Shown: positions 1 through 13,690 of the stretch, in pieces
Position numbering within the stretch: position 1 is the stretch's first letter
Layout: the number at the start of each line of letters is the position of its first letter
Source: Lama glama
Lineage: Eukaryota
Assembly (NCBI GenBank): GCA_028534125.1
Contig: CM052817.1
Coordinates: 103,356,001-103,420,000 of the forward strand
Direction of reading: 5' to 3'
Length of the DNA: 64,000 bases
Made by a program: the position numbers and the translations under genes
Notes under the pieces: generated by a model
What the model saw: the letters and a program-made list of their open reading frames with translations, nothing else
Databases searched by the model: none
Told to the model about the DNA's origin: nothing

Positions 1-172
1 GCATCTACCCATTATCTAAAGAAGAAAATAGGGACTGACAAGTGCCATCATTAGGCCTCAAAAATATGTTTTAATTAAAATTTAAGCAAGTTTAAGGGGC
101 CAAGAAAATCAGTTAAAGAACAGAAGATATGTATCTCTTAATACAGGGGGTGAAGGACACCTCTGACTTTTC

Positions 173-309
173 TTTTTGGGGGGGAGGAGGAGGTAATTTG
201 GTTTGTTTGTTTGTTTGTTTATTTAAATGGAGGTACTGGGGATTGAACCCAGGACCTTATGCATGCTAGGCATGTACTCTACCACTGAGCTATACCCTCC
301 CCCTACCCA
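173..309 (-). mobile_element. tRNA-Ala-derived SINE (camelid Vic-1 type)
   Basis: Reverse complement has A box TAGCTCAGTGG, B box GGTTCAATCC, an A-rich linker and an ATTACCTCC tail. TSD TGACTTTTC at 164-172 and 310-318. Confidence 0.88.
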
Positions 310-1929
310 TGACTTTTCAAATGTGCTGCATGGATAATATTTAAAACTATGGATGATAATCACCAAATTAACTGCCAAATATAATTGTCAAAATAGTTTA
401 CATTCATTGTTTCCTTTTTCTGTCAGTCACTTGGTCTACGCAAAAATAACCATTCAAACCATTACGAATACAGGATTGGATTAAACTTTCATTCAAACAT
501 GCCTGAAAACCAAACATTTTTAAATGAAGAAAAAAAATCTTAATATGATCAATTTGAGAGCTCCTTTACCAAGGATTCATTATTCTTCCACCAACAAATA
601 TTTCTTCCTCCTCCCAAAATCTGTAATGTTGATAAAAATGGGGGCGTCTTTACCCAACCATCACTGTTAAGGAGGTATCACAGAATAGTTAACGGGGAGC
701 AACTTGACATGTGTAATAAAATGAGTAAGGCTTTAAGCAAGAGCTCTATCTTCAAAAAAAAAAAAAAAACTGGGTCATATGGAGACTCCCTGCTCTCCCA
801 CTCCTTCCTGTTCTGTCCTCTCCTCCCTCTCACGTTCTTGACTTTTTGTCTATGCTGCTCCTTTTTCATCTCCTTTCCAAATTGATTCATATTATTCAGA
901 GGCTCCCAAAGATTACCAAATTTATTCCAATGGGATTTTTTTCAAGGCTGAAGTGGCCACTACTAATTTTTAAAGATTTTTTTTGTTTTTTTTTTTACAA
1001 ATATAATGCTAACTCAAAAGACACATACATACATGTGCGTGCATGCACACACACTCTGTCTCTCTCAAACACATACACACAACACACTCCTACTCCTTAG
1101 ACAAACAGTTCTTTTCAGGGACATGCTACATTTCATCAGAAATTATTCTACATTCTCTCATCTCAATCCTGCCTGTAATCAGTATTCATACAACATCTTC
1201 TAACTTTGTTTCTTAAAGTCTATGCTTGATATAAAAAGTGAGGTTAAGATAAAATCAAATTACTGCTGGACAATGAAAAGTGAGAAGATACTGGCAACAT
1301 GCCTGATGCAAATGCGCCCTCCCCACACAGGCTCCGAACCTAAACACGAGGCAGAGACCACAGATCAGGAACAAAACCCACCTGGTAAGGACTCTGACTT
1401 ATTTCTAACTTTTCTCATCCCTACTCAACACTTCAACACTGCTCATAAGATGCTAACTCATAATCAGGGTAGAATTGGTTTTTTGTTCATCAAGATTAAC
1501 AAGCTTGTATATTCCACATGAAGCTACTTAAAACATGAATTGCAAAATGACTCAAATGTCTGGACATCTTCAAAGAGTATATATTTCAATGATATAAAGC
1601 CACAACAAATAACGTAATTACTAACTCTTCTGGAGTAACTAACTTTTCCCCAAACAAAAGCTTAAAAAACCACCTCAATTGTGATGTCCATCTAGTTTTA
1701 TAGGATGTTCTAGCTCTAGATTTTCTCAGAGTAGCTGACCTCAGTGGCTTCTTCCATATTAAATTCTACATAAGCTATTCTGTACTCTTATATAGAGTAA
1801 AACAATTTAACTAGCATGATTGAAAAACGGATGTTCTAACTGGTCAAATACTTTGATTAAAATTATGAGGATTACCAAGCTCTAACTTAAAGCATAATAA
1901 AATACAACTAAAATAAAAACTTAATTGTA

Positions 1930-2057
1930 GTGTGGAGGGTATAGCTCAGCAGAAGAGTGCATGCTTAGCATGCCAGAGGTCCTGGGTTCAATCCCCAGTA
2001 CCTTCATTAAAAATAAATAAATATAAAGAAATAAACCTAATTACCTGCCTCCCCCCA
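1930..2057 (+). mobile_element. tRNA-Ala-derived SINE (Vic-1 type)
   Basis: GAGGGTATAGCTCAG...GGTCCTGGGTTCAATCCCCAGTACC, tail AAACCTAATTACCT. TSD AAAAACT(T/C)AATTGTA at 1915-1929 and 2058-2072. Confidence 0.88.
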
Positions 2058-5000
2058 AAAAACTCAATTGTAAATAACTAAATTTTACAGTAATTATTAA
2101 TGTAAAAGAAATTCATCATTCATCATATTATTAATGATAATAAACTAAAATTATCACTATTCTGGTAAAGTGATACAGTAAAATACTAAGTTAACAGATT
2201 TCCAGGTACTAGTACGTCAGATAAATTCACTCCCATGATAGGATTTCCATTGCTATGACATAAACAACCACTAATCCTGAGGTTTGATTCAAGATTTTTT
2301 TTTAAGTTTTAATCTGTGTTTTCCATGCACATCTGCCAAAACCCTTCAGACATAAAGAACTTCCTCCCTATCTCTTATGAGAAACAGAACTCGAATGGAA
2401 AAACAGTAAGCCTTCCACAGACTCTGCTAGGAGAAGCATCTCCAGCCATCACATGTCAAACCAATGCAGAAGGCTGTTTTAAATTAAAGATATAAAACAG
2501 TAATCACCCTAGAGGGCTGTCTCCACACTAATCCAAATATACAAGACTTGTCGGTTAGAGAGAAATCTATAGCAAACTAAGAATCTTTTTGGGGTGGAGG
2601 GGGTCACAAATATATATCCTGATATAAAGAGTGAGAACATAAAGTGAGGGAAAGATTACACAAGCATTTTTTACCCAGTGATCCCAAACAATCTCAGTGA
2701 GCTATTCTTCCTCATGGCCTCCAGTCTTTTCACTGCTGTTCCATTTCTTACCTCCACGCAACATTCATAAAGCACTTTAATATGTTTACGAGCTCTGACT
2801 GGGACATTTTACAGCAACCTGTGAGGTGTCAAAGCGTTACTAGCCTCATTTAATAGCTGCAAAACAGACAGAAATTAATGTCTTACTCAAGGTCACTCTT
2901 GAAGTCAATGGTAAATTCATGACTTGAGCTCTGAATTCTAATGGGACAGCTAGCCAGAGTCCACCGGCCCCTGAAGTTTTCTAGCAGAGAGCCAGTCAAA
3001 GGGCTCCTTATTATGTTGGGTTGTTCAGTAATAACTTAAATATGCAGTATTACGCACTCACTTAAGTAGTTTTTTGCTAAGGTGACACTGCAAGCATTCG
3101 CAAACCTGCTCAGATGTTTTGTTCACCCTGAAGATGACCCTTCTCCTGAACTCTTTTGGTACTTGGGCAACTTCTCTATGTGTGGCTGAGAATGGAAAAT
3201 AGTCATTCAATCAAGGTAACTAAAGGGCCAATCTGGGACATGACTGTAACCAAGCTTACACCATGATCAAGTGTACAGTTACAGTCTCTGTCAGAAGAAA
3301 TTACATTTAACAGAAGGTGTAAAATGGTCCATGTTACTCAATTTCCATATGGAGACAGATGAGAGTTCAAAACATTCAGCCCTCTGCCCTCTGGTAGGAA
3401 TCCTAGCCTCAGTAAGCCACTGTGGCTGGTAGAGTCTGCCACACTCTCAGGTGCCTGAGGGCAGAAAAGGCAACTACCAGAATATAAAATATGCAGAAAT
3501 GGGCATCTGAAGAGCAGTTATTTGTCAGTTTTTCCAGGTGCCACACAGGGTGGAGGGACATTCGATTTGATGGAATTCAATCAATATTCCCGTCACTAGA
3601 GGTGTGTGTGTGATAGTGCCATGGTAGTTCATTAAAGCCCTCCCTTATCCATGGGAGGTACACCTTCCTTAATCCTTTGATTACTAATTCTTTTACTTCG
3701 GTACCTAGATCCTAGGAATGATGCATGCTGGATACTGCACACATATACACAGTCACTAGAAACACCTGCTACCTGTAAAGTACTAGGCTGTGAAGTTCTC
3801 TGCACAGGGGCCTTGCCTGTCTACTTGATGTTGCATCGCCAACGGCTGGAACATTGTCTGGCATAAAACAGACGCTCCAGAAAATTTTAATGAACTATTA
3901 CTGAAAACTGGAATTCATAAAGAGCAAGCCATGCATAAAAAGCACTAAAATGGTTACTAATCCTTATCTGAACTAGCCTGGTCTAGCTGCAGACCTTAAA
4001 AGCCTTAGGTCTTCAAGTTCAGTCCAATTCAGTCCTAAACTAACCCTGACCAAGACTACAAAGTTTATTAGGAGCCTGACCAGTGATTGTGGTCTGTAAG
4101 TAACCTTGCTGCTCTGAACGTGGGGTGCTCCCCAAAGCCCCCTCATGCTTACCAAGCCACAATGTGAGCCCTTAAGCCCCACGGGACTGAGCATGGCCCC
4201 AAATTCTGAGTTTGCTGTCTGTTCCCTAAGGGGAATACAGGCTTTCCACAAACCAGCTTACTCAGCTGTGGGTATTACAACTGCCCAGCCCTTACCAAGC
4301 CTCCCTGCAGACAAGCTAGAACCCAGGAGCTGTAGGCCTGAATCACCACTCACTCGGGGCAGTGACCCGTGGATCAGATACTGTCATCAGCCTAAGAGTA
4401 GGTACCGCCACCACCACCAGGAGACTCCCGCTGCCCTGCCTCCTACAGCACCTCATTCAGCCTGAACTGGTCACTCATCCTTGAACATTTTAATGTGGAT
4501 TGCATCCTACCCTCAATTAAAAAAATATTTACTGAGTGCCTGCCCCTCTAGACCAGCGCCCCTACTCCTAGCCCCATTTATTTCTGGCTCAGGCCTCCAT
4601 CCCAAGCACGCTTCTAATTTATCCCCGCATATCTCACCTCCATCCACATAAACCAGTTATCTAATCACCGTGTTCCCACAAGCTCTTATATAAGAAAGAA
4701 CAGAATTACACCCCCTTTTTCAGACAAGAAAATCAAGCTCAGAGAATTTGGACAAGGTCATATGGTATTTAAATAGCAAAGCCAAGATTCAAATCCAGTT
4801 TGTTAAGTCTATACTGTATTCATTGTATGTTGTTCCCTGTTTATTTTCTGTAGCATCAGGACCTAGCATAGGCCTGAGTACCCAGCAGATACTCTGTCAA
4901 TGTCTGTCTAACTGATAGGGTGTCTTCAATATCCATTTTAAAAATAAATATCCATCAACGGGATTCTCATTTCCATGTTTATCTACGCAAAGCAGAAGGA

Positions 5001-5149
5001 AAGCAAAAGCATCCCTTACCAACCTCTGCCTAACCTGCTCGCCTGACTGACCGGCTCTCCCTCGCCCTCTGCACACAGACACGCTGGCCCGTGTCTGCCT
5101 CTCCAGCTGAGCTGCATCTTACCGACCATGCATGTTAGATTTGCTCCCA

Positions 5150-5615
5150 AATCTGTTTACGACACTTGCACTGGTTAGTGAAATTACATAATTTAAATAA
5201 ATATGTATAACCAAAGGAAATAAAGGAAATGTAAGTGTAAAAAGAGAGCTTTTCTATGGAAACCAAGTTGGTTACTTCAGAACGATTTGATCAATGTGTT
5301 ACCAAAAAAAATTTTTTTAATCAAATTAGACACATGAGGAATGACAAGAGAAAGTGTATAATCCGAAGATGACTTTGCATTGAGATTTCTTTTCAGGTGT
5401 CGGAGGTCAGAGCTGATGCGTGGTTCAGTGTGGCGAGTGCAAGGACAAGCAGGGGGCTCCGCACGCAGCTGGCCAGACCTACTTCCACAACAAAAGACTG
5501 GCCTACAACTGTAGTTATATGTTTAAGGTTAAAATAAAATATCTAGGGTACACAAGTACTCTTTTCTCAATGGTTTCTCCACTTCAACAGGTTTTTTTGG
5601 ATTAAGTGATCAACC
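5150..5615 (+). mobile_element. Degraded Tigger-type (TcMar) DNA transposon fragment, Tigger9-like
   Basis: Recalled similarity to Tigger9 segments (GACTTTGCATTGAGATT...GATGCGTGG...AAAAGACTGGCCTACA). Highly diverged; boundaries approximate. Confidence 0.45.
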
Positions 5616-6394
5616 ATATCCACAGGCCTCCTACCGTGGGAGCCCCTCCCGTGATGCCCTGCTTTCAGGAGCCCTCCTGGTAAAAGGCGACACAATGACA
5701 CACTGCTGGCACTCCTTGTCTCAAACAACAAACACCCTGCCCAACAGCACCAAGGAAACAGACGCACTGAACTGAATTTTCTACCATACTGACGTTGTGT
5801 TACAACACTCTGGTATGTTTATTACCAATAGTTAATTTTAACTGTCTTTTGAAAAATTCTTGTGCAAATTCTATTCCTTTCCTAAAGGGATGAGATTTTC
5901 TATCTAAAATAATTTCAGTTTATGCAATACATAAGTTTCATGAATTGTTTAAAAACCATCCATTCAAAATTATCAGATGCTTCTTAAATTCTGAGATGTT
6001 AAAGTACTAATGCAGAAAGAACTTCTGGATGAACACTCATAATATTAATTTTGGAATCAGAGCATTTATTACCTCGGCACTGTCTATTAACAGCCTTACT
6101 TTTGTTTTTCACACTTACATCAAGTGAAAAACTCTTATCTACTTTTAGCAAGCCAAAACAAATGCCCACAAACTGAGAAGTAAAAAATGCATGTAACAAA
6201 ACCACAAATTTAGCAATGAAGTATATGTTTTTTAAAAAATTCAAGATCCTTTAGGATTCTCCAAAATGTTAACCAACACAACAAAAGAAGAAATCTTCAA
6301 TAATTTTTGGAAATTGAAAAAAATATTTTTGGTTATAAATGTATTTTTATTCTTGAATGTACAAACTTTCTTAATAAGCAACACTAATGACAAC

Positions 6395-6530
6395 TCAATA
6401 GCTGCTCTGTGACGTTGAACTAATTACTTAAACTTCTTGAGCTTCCTCATTTGCAAAGTGGAGAAATTTCTGTCTAACATGATAGTAAATATCAAATGAG
6501 ACAGATGTAAAATGCCTAGCACATAGCTGA
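6395..6530 (+). mobile_element. MIR fragment
   Basis: MIR core-like GTGAC...TTACTTAAACTTCTTGAGCTTCCTCATTTGCAAAGTGG...AAATGAGAC...TGTAAAATGCCTAGCACA. Confidence 0.65.
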
Positions 6531-8775
6531 AAATAAACCCATGTGGAAACTCCTTTTATATATACATATGGAGAGAGAGACAGTAAAGGATTCTTAACGG
6601 GGGGGGGGGCGGGTTGGCGGGAGGACTAGGGAGGGAACAACAAAGTACATGAATTCTCTGAAAGGGCATGCAGAACTTTGTGCATATAAGCTTATGTGCA
6701 CTTGATTTGGAAAAGGGCCAAAAAAGTTTTTCATCAGCTTCTCAAAGAAGGCCATGACCCCAAAAAAGTCTCAAGGCTTACTTTTATGATAGCCTTTGGC
6801 TTTATTTTCTCTGTTCCCAGATTTATAAAGTTTATGAAACGGGACTGGAAACTTTAAATACAAGTAATTTAAATTATTCAATAGCAACAACAAAAAAAGT
6901 TCAATTGAAAGTGAGGTCATGGTAAGATACATATTCTCCTTAAAAAAATAAATAAATTCATTTGGCTCAAATTGTTCCCCAACTTTCCCATAATTAAAAG
7001 CAAATATCCAAATTCCAACCAACGTTTGAAAACCTAAACAAAAAACAACAGCAACACCAAAAAAAAAAAAAAACAGGAAATCTTAAACAGCCAAGAATTA
7101 AAGCCCTATTACTTATATAACACAGTGTCAGTTGTTCCTTCTTTAGAGTTAAGAATTTGAAAAATTACTTCATTCCCTCATTCTGACTCAAAGTCAACAA
7201 CCTTCACTTCAAATAGTTACTTTGTTTACATACATTTTTTTAAATCTGTACAATAAGGAGACTGTATAGTATCACAGAAGGCACCCTAAACTGGGAATCA
7301 TGGAAACGAAGGTTACGGTCCTGTTCTGTCACCAGCTGACTCTAAGACAGCTGGACCTCAGCATTCTCTGGCACTGTGATCCTACATAAAAACCTGCAAT
7401 CCTAAAGCAGAAGGGTAAGACACCTGCTATCCTAAAACTGTTCTTCACTACTAAAACAGAAACTTAACCAAAGGGGAGGTTACCTGACAAGTAACTGAGA
7501 TTCTAGATCTACTGAGAAAATCGACCTACAACAATATACCTTTGAACTACAGAGAGTTCTGCCCTCACAGTCAGAGCTCGCAAGGCAGATACACCCAGAG
7601 CAGGCTTCTAGTTGGGGCCATTTTAAACTTTAGCTTCACATTAAGAACAGGTTCCTCCCTAAAACCACTCCTTTCCTTAAGGTGAACAGCACTCAGAAGA
7701 AAGATTTAACAAAGTACAGACAGACAAAAATACACAAAATAGACAAAAGAGCAGTCTGGTGTATCTTGGGTAAACCCTTATTTTGTATTTCACTGAAAAA
7801 TACTTCTTATGGAAAAGGTAGCTTATTTTAATGAATTTTATTTCCAAATGACTTTTCCAAACAAGTGTTTTTCAATGGAGTACAAAATAAGGCCTCATAT
7901 ACCAAGATACTCCTATACTGAAGAACATCCCTCTTCCTAAAAAATAACAAAAAACAATGTGAATGTTAAACATTTAAGGAGTCTGCCAAATACAACTCTT
8001 TGAATGTATTCCTGTAAGAGCTAGCAATATACACAAAAGGCAAATTAGCACGGCAAGAGGTATTCTGAGAGGCTGTGATGACTAACACTTCAGGACTGAA
8101 CTGTGGTCGTTATTAAAAGAAACATGAGAGGCGTTCTCCCAGATCCTCACAGGCCAATGTCTCCACCGCAAGATCTACTACAAACAGCAGTCAGGGCTGA
8201 ATTCACAGTTTAGTCTCTTAAACCTTCATCTTTTGCAATGTCCCCCCATGTGATGCATTATATGAATCAAAGAATCCAATCAGAAATTCATTTACAGAAA
8301 GTCAGATATAGGGCACGATGACACTCATGCACTCAAATGAATAAAAAGGAACAAGAAACCCAAGATAAGGGTCTTGTCGAAAACAAAGTCCAGAATCCAG
8401 CAAACAATGTAACTGTGCAGAAAAGACCAGAGCGAGATGACATGTGCCAATCATTTTTCTCCCTGTTAGAAAAGTTCACCTAGCGTCTGATTCCCACCTT
8501 TGCACACGACTTCAGTATCAACCAAGGTTTTTCAAATGCTCTGCCTCATGAATGGGACTTCTAAGCAGAGGCTACCTGAAGCCATCTAGCAAAGATCACC
8601 AGGAGGCTTCACCACTGCCAGTTTTAAGGTTTAGTAATAGCATGCCCTTGTAAGTTACAGTGCAAAGATTTTAGTCTCCAAATTCAAATATTTGGGAGCA
8701 CATTTCAACTAATTACAAGGGACAAAAGACTGAACCCACAATATCCTATTTGTCCAAGTGGAATTTAGAGATTAT

Positions 8776-8910
8776 TTCTTTTATTTGGGGGGGGGGAAGG
8801 ATTAGGTTAATCTATTTAATTTCTTTTTTAATGGAGGTACTGGAGATTGAACCCAGGACCTCGCACATGCTAAGCACATGCTCTACAACTTGAGCGAATA
8901 CCCTCCCGCC
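8776..8910 (-). mobile_element. tRNA-Ala-derived SINE (Vic-1 type)
   Basis: Reverse-strand A/B boxes. TSD TAGAGATTAT at 8766-8775 and 8911-8920. Confidence 0.87.
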
Positions 8911-8989
8911 TAGAGATTATCTTTTAAGAAGTTAGTTCTAGTTCTTTTTGCTGTCCTCAAAACACAGTCTACTTACCAGAAGGAGTACA

Positions 8990-9445
8990 AATAAATACAA
9001 ACATTTAGACAGTAATTTGGCATATCTACCAACAATTAAAACATGCATGTACCTTTTGATCTACCAATTACATTTTGAGGATCTAGCCCATGAAATTTTT
9101 GGATGCAAATATAAAAATGTACATTCAGTGCAGCATTTTTGTCAAGGTGAAAACTCATACACCCTGATTAACATGTGGTACACCACACAAAAGAATGAGC
9201 TGGATCCAGAGGTACTGACATGGGAAGAACTCCAAGACACTGTTCAGGGACAAAAGCAAATTACAAAGCATGAGTATAGTAAAAACATACTTATGTCAGG
9301 GAAAATTCTGTGTGTGTGTGTGTGTATAATTGCACAGAAAACGGTCTGAAAAGATTAACACCAAACAGATAACAGAGGCTGCCCTCTGAGGAAGAGAGTG
9401 GACCAAAGAGCATGAGATGGGTGCGTGTGAAGAGAAGAACTGTTT
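8990..9445 (+). mobile_element. Old L1M (L1ME-like) 3' fragment
   Basis: Decayed L1 3' motifs (GTAATTTGGCATATCTACC...TTTTGATCTACCAATT...GTACTGACATGGGAAGA). Boundaries approximate. Confidence 0.5.
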
Positions 9446-9460
9446 TAAAGAGGGATTTTC

Positions 9461-9624
9461 GGGGGGAGGGTATAGCTCAAGTGGTAGAACTGCATGCTTA
9501 GCATGCATGAAGTCCTGGGTTCAATCCCCAGTACCTCCTCCAAAAATAAATATACCTAACTACTGCCTCCACCAAAATAAAATAATTAAATAATACAATA
9601 ATAAATAAAATATTAAAAATAAAA
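9461..9624 (+). mobile_element. tRNA-Ala-derived SINE (Vic-1 type)
   Basis: GGGGGGAGGGTATAGCTCAAGTGGTAG...GGTTCAATCCCCAGTACCTCC with a long A-rich tail. Degenerate TSD TAAAGAGG..TTTC at 9446-9460 and 9625-9639. Confidence 0.88.
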
Positions 9625-10141
9625 TAAAGAGGAGCTTTCACTTCCTACTCCAAATACACCTGTATTATTTAAACATTTACATCATATATATGTATAACAT
9701 TTGTTCCTTATGGAAAGTAAAAGAGATGCAATGTCAAATTATAGCTAAACTCTAAAATCACTAACAGAAGACACTGAAATAATAAAAGAAGTAAAGGCTG
9801 TTGGCATCAAAAGCACCCTTTACAGACGTAACCTTCTGGAGAATAAAGGAAAACGTGGGCAGCACTGACCAGTAGTTATAAATGAACAAGACCACGTCTT
9901 CATAAAAGAACAAGCATCATTCAGGGAACTAGAAGATTAGAATCTTAGAACTTTAAGAATAAAGATACTGAAATCAGGAACATTATTAAAAAGCTAGAAT
10001 CATTCTAAATGCCTCTAAGAAACACAGTTTTGACAACAGATTCTACTCCTCTGGTACAAGGTGCCCATGTAGGCATATGCTCTTTTGCATTAGAACACTG
10101 GCCTGTGTGAAGAACCAAGGGGTATGAGGTGTCACCCTTAC

Positions 10142-10263
10142 CTGCACATTCTCTTCCGTCACCTGAATCTCTGCCGTGTAAACATAGTCAATCAGCATCC
10201 TCAGGGTCCAGCCGTCCACCTCCTTGATTCGAACTCTCTTTGCTCGGCTCTCACTCATCTCAC
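10142..10263 (-). CDS. KLHL2: KLHL2 coding exon 4, BTB domain (GEMSESRAKRVRIKEVDGWTLRMLIDYVYTAEIQVTEENVQ), 122 nt
   Basis: Acceptor TGTGTTTAG at 10264 and donor CAG|GTAAGG at 10141. The four exons sum to 26+126+107+122 = 381 nt = 127 codons with no stop. I found no further exon in 1-10141, so the gene continues beyond the left edge. Confidence 0.97.
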
Positions 10264-10520
10264 CTAAACACAAGAAGTAAGGCTGAGGCCGCAGCAGACG
10301 CTCAGTGGGAAGACCAAGGCCCAGGCAGACAGCCTTGGCACCACAGTCAGTCACGTCGCAAGCCTAGAGCATTCCCCCACGTCCCTTAAAAGCTTACCTG
10401 AGCAAACCACACGAAGTACTTCTGTTACCCACTTATACCTGAAAATCACATCATCCTGATGAACGTGCCACAGGGCCAACCGCTTGAGTTTTCACACCCG
10501 TGGCATTACATGCCCACCAT

Positions 10521-10955
10521 TCACCTGCCGTATCAGTAAAGAAAGGACGCTGTGGCCATCAAGCCATCAGCCACTGCAGCCATCCCTCCTCCCAACCCTG
10601 AGGGAATTCAGGATGGGGGAAAAAAAAACCCACAGGACACTGGCCCAAGTTAGTTAAGGTGCACATCAAAGGAATGATTGCAATGAGCCCAGACTCTTGC
10701 ATCTTCCCATATGTAAAAAAGTGCTAAATTCAACAACTTGAGATGTCTGTTTTTTCTTTAATTAACAGTAATCTTTTGATGTTCTGACTACCTGGGGTTT
10801 TTTGTTTGTTTGTTTGTTTTTGCAAAAACACCTATCCTGGCTCCTCCCTCAGAGTGATCTGAGAGGCTGTCTCCTGGGTTTAAGTCCTCAGCAAGTCTGT
10901 CAAATAAAACATAAGTCTCAACTTTCAGTCTGTGCTTTTTTTTTTTTTTCCAATA
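10521..10955 (+). mobile_element. ERV1 solo LTR, MER41-like (cetartiodactyl type)
   Basis: Aligns by eye in reverse to 55470-55920 (shared AAGGAATGATT..AATGAGCCCAGAC, AACTTGAGATGTCTG, TTAATTAACAGTAATC). Has AATAAA followed by a U5 segment. Family name from recall. Confidence 0.75.
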
Positions 10956-11575
10956 GCCAATGCTTTTGAGCAGTTTCTGTTCCTTTCAGATTTCTACTAC
11001 CCCCTTCAGCCAACAGCAATGAGTTGGTCAAGAGAGCCCCCAGGTTCACAGTGCTCACTCCCAAGCATGTCCGTGCTGCTGGGGTGCTGCATTCAGAGGC
11101 CCCGCCCTCAGGGAGGATGGGCTTCTCAGGCAGGAAACAGAACACAGATTACGTAAGATGCTGAAGGAATACAAGACAAAAGCCAATGAGTCAATGTCCA
11201 AAGCAACGGGCCTCCCACTGGAGTTCTGTTCCTATTTGTCATCTGTGGCAACTTCATCCTGAAGCCCTTTCCACCCCAGCATTTACTACTAAAGCCAGGT
11301 GCCCTTCTACATCACTGCCTGCTACCAAGTGGTGCGAGACCTCCCTCCTGATACCCACAGAACTAATTAAGCATTCAGGGGTCATAAATATGATCCTCTC
11401 TTGTGGAAAGAAATGGGGAAGCAGAAAAGAGAAGGGGTGGCCTCTAAACCTAGGGGACTTAGGGAGAGTAAGATGCAGCTTTGGACACATGTGTGTGGAC
11501 AATGTAAAATGACCCAAGAAATAGAGAGACATAAGCAACTAAATGGGGAAGGAAAATTTCAATTAAAATCAAGGC

Positions 11576-11881
11576 CATCTACACAGACTTAGTAAACAAT
11601 CTCATGGTTACCAGGGAAAGGGGCTGGGAGGGGATAAATTTGGGAGTTTGAGATTTACAAATGTTAGCCACTGTATATAAAAATAGATTTTTTTTAAAAG
11701 TTTCTTTTGTATAGCACAGGGAACTAAGTCCAATATCTTGTAATAAACTTTAATGGAAAAAAATATGAAAACAAAATATGTATGTATATGCAGGACTGGG
11801 ACACTGCGCTGTACACCAGAGATTGACACATTATAATTGACTGTAGTTCAATAAAAAGGTAAATAAATAAATAAGATAAAA
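11576..11881 (+). mobile_element. 5'-truncated L1 (3' UTR only), camelid/cetartiodactyl type
   Basis: L1 3' UTR closely similar to 45250-45545, with AATAAA and an A-rich tail. TSD TAAAATCAAGGC at 11564-11575 and 11882-11893. Confidence 0.88.
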
Positions 11882-13519
11882 TAAAATCAAGGCAGTCTAA
11901 AAACAATGTTGAGTGCTAACAGACACCTTAGCAAAAAGGTTTAGTTCTACATTCATTCAGTTTCAAAGATAAAAGCAGCATGAAAAACAATGCCACCATA
12001 CCTCACCTTCACCATAATCAGCACTGCCTGGTAGGAAAACACAATGGCCTCAAGATTTTTTGAAAGTTTCTTTTTCAAATACAGTGCACTGTCAGTGACC
12101 ATAAACTATCTGAAAAGCCTCTAGGAATCCATAATTACACAAAATTCCTTTGCAGACACAAACCTTGGGAGAAGAGAAATAATAATGGTGATGTATATTT
12201 AACTGCATGCTTCCCTGGACATTATCTCTGACAAGATCTCAGAAAGAAGCTGTTCTAAGAGCTAAAATATCTGAGAAACTATTGTGCTACTTTGGAGGGG
12301 GAACAGGTATTACGGAGGAAGAGAGAAAGTTAATGACAGGCTCCTGTTTTGTGCCTATACAGCAGTAAGACAAGGGACTGCGTTGTGTCCGCTGCCGGAG
12401 CATGTTTGTTCTTTCAAAGAGAGGAAACTTAAAGGGGGGACAAAAGCAGGGTCAAGGAACATGGAAATATAATTCTTCGTCTCCATATAAAACACCTCCC
12501 TCTGTCCTACTCTCTCTGGATCTTGTAATTAGATGGGATCTGAAAGCTCTTTTGTGCCAAAAGTGAAGACACCTTGGTAATTCTCACTTGGACTTCAGAG
12601 AAGGCCCCTCTAATTCAACTCTAGGGCCAGACAAGTACAAAACCATGTACTGAGTTCTGAAGGAGTGAATGCTCTCCTCAGGACTTAGCTATGACTTAGA
12701 CAAAAACAAGTTAGACTTTAATTTACATATATGACTAAAATAATTGTCACTCCTCTGCCAAACAGTCTAATATTACAGTTCTAAGGTGTTGCTATAAGAT
12801 GCACTGTGCTGATTCACACATCCCTTATGTGTCATTTTTAACAGTTTCTCCCCAGAAAACTGCATCTACTTTCAACAAATTCAATGTCTATCACATACTG
12901 CTTTAAAAATGCTTTAATCTTTATTTTTCATATTAATTTATGAAAAAGAGTTACAAAAACAAATGGCTTGCCATAGACTACGTTAACAGTTTAAAAATTC
13001 TAGTACCTACTATGAATCAATACACATATTAAAGAGAGTTTAAAGACTATTCAGAGCTAATTTTGTTCTACATTACTTTACTTACTCCCCTTTGCTGTGT
13101 CTGTAGAGATTTATTTCTGACAATGAATTTTAAAAAGATGTCCAAGGATACTGTAAAGAGTTTATCTTGTAACATTTTTGACTTCCTATAGTCCCTCTCG
13201 GGAGGAAGGTTTTTTCCTTGTGTTTTTGCTCATGCAGAACTCGGAAGCTAAACTGGGACATCCACACAGACATCGCCCCCTCACCTCCCCTCCCCGCTTC
13301 TGCTGCTGCGCCCCCGGGCTCCCACCACCTGCTGCCAACACCCCCGCAGCCGCCTCCTAACTCCTCCCTCCCTCCAGACGGGACTCCGCACATCTGACTG
13401 TGGCACTCAAGAGCCTTCAGCTGCTCCAGGTCCAGGCAAGCAGACCCCTTCCATGTCCCACAGTGCTTCGCTATTCAGCCTCCTCTCTCCTACTTCTAGT
13501 CTTTTTTGTTTCTTGTCAC

Positions 13520-13690
13520 TTTAAAAATTTTGTTATACATTTTGTAAAGGTTACATGCCATTTATGGTTATTATAAAATGATGGCTATCCCCCCTGTTGT
13601 ACAATACATCCTCGTGGCCCATCTTAACACCCAGAAGTTGTACCTCCCACCTCCTCACACCTGCACTGCCCTTCCCCGCCTCACTTCTAG
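13520..13690 (-). mobile_element. L1 3' end fragment
   Basis: Antisense L1 3' UTR motif TTTTGTAAAGGTTAC...TTATTATAAAATGATGGCTATCCCCCCTGTTGTACAATACATCC. Confidence 0.55.

Noticed and set aside
3960..4480. GC-richer patch with repeated TTACCAAGCC / AAGCCCC words
   Set aside because: No regular period or terminal structure. Possibly an old LTR relic, but I cannot assign it.
9461..9542. tRNA-Ala(AGC)-like genes here and at seven other sites
   Set aside because: They have A-rich or repeat tails, target-site duplications and disrupted stems, so they are SINE copies, not tRNA genes.
1..10141. KLHL2 exon 5 (VLLPAAGLLQL...) or a nested gene in intron 4
   Set aside because: No matching peptide or convincing exon seen. 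The ORFs here have no recognisable homology.
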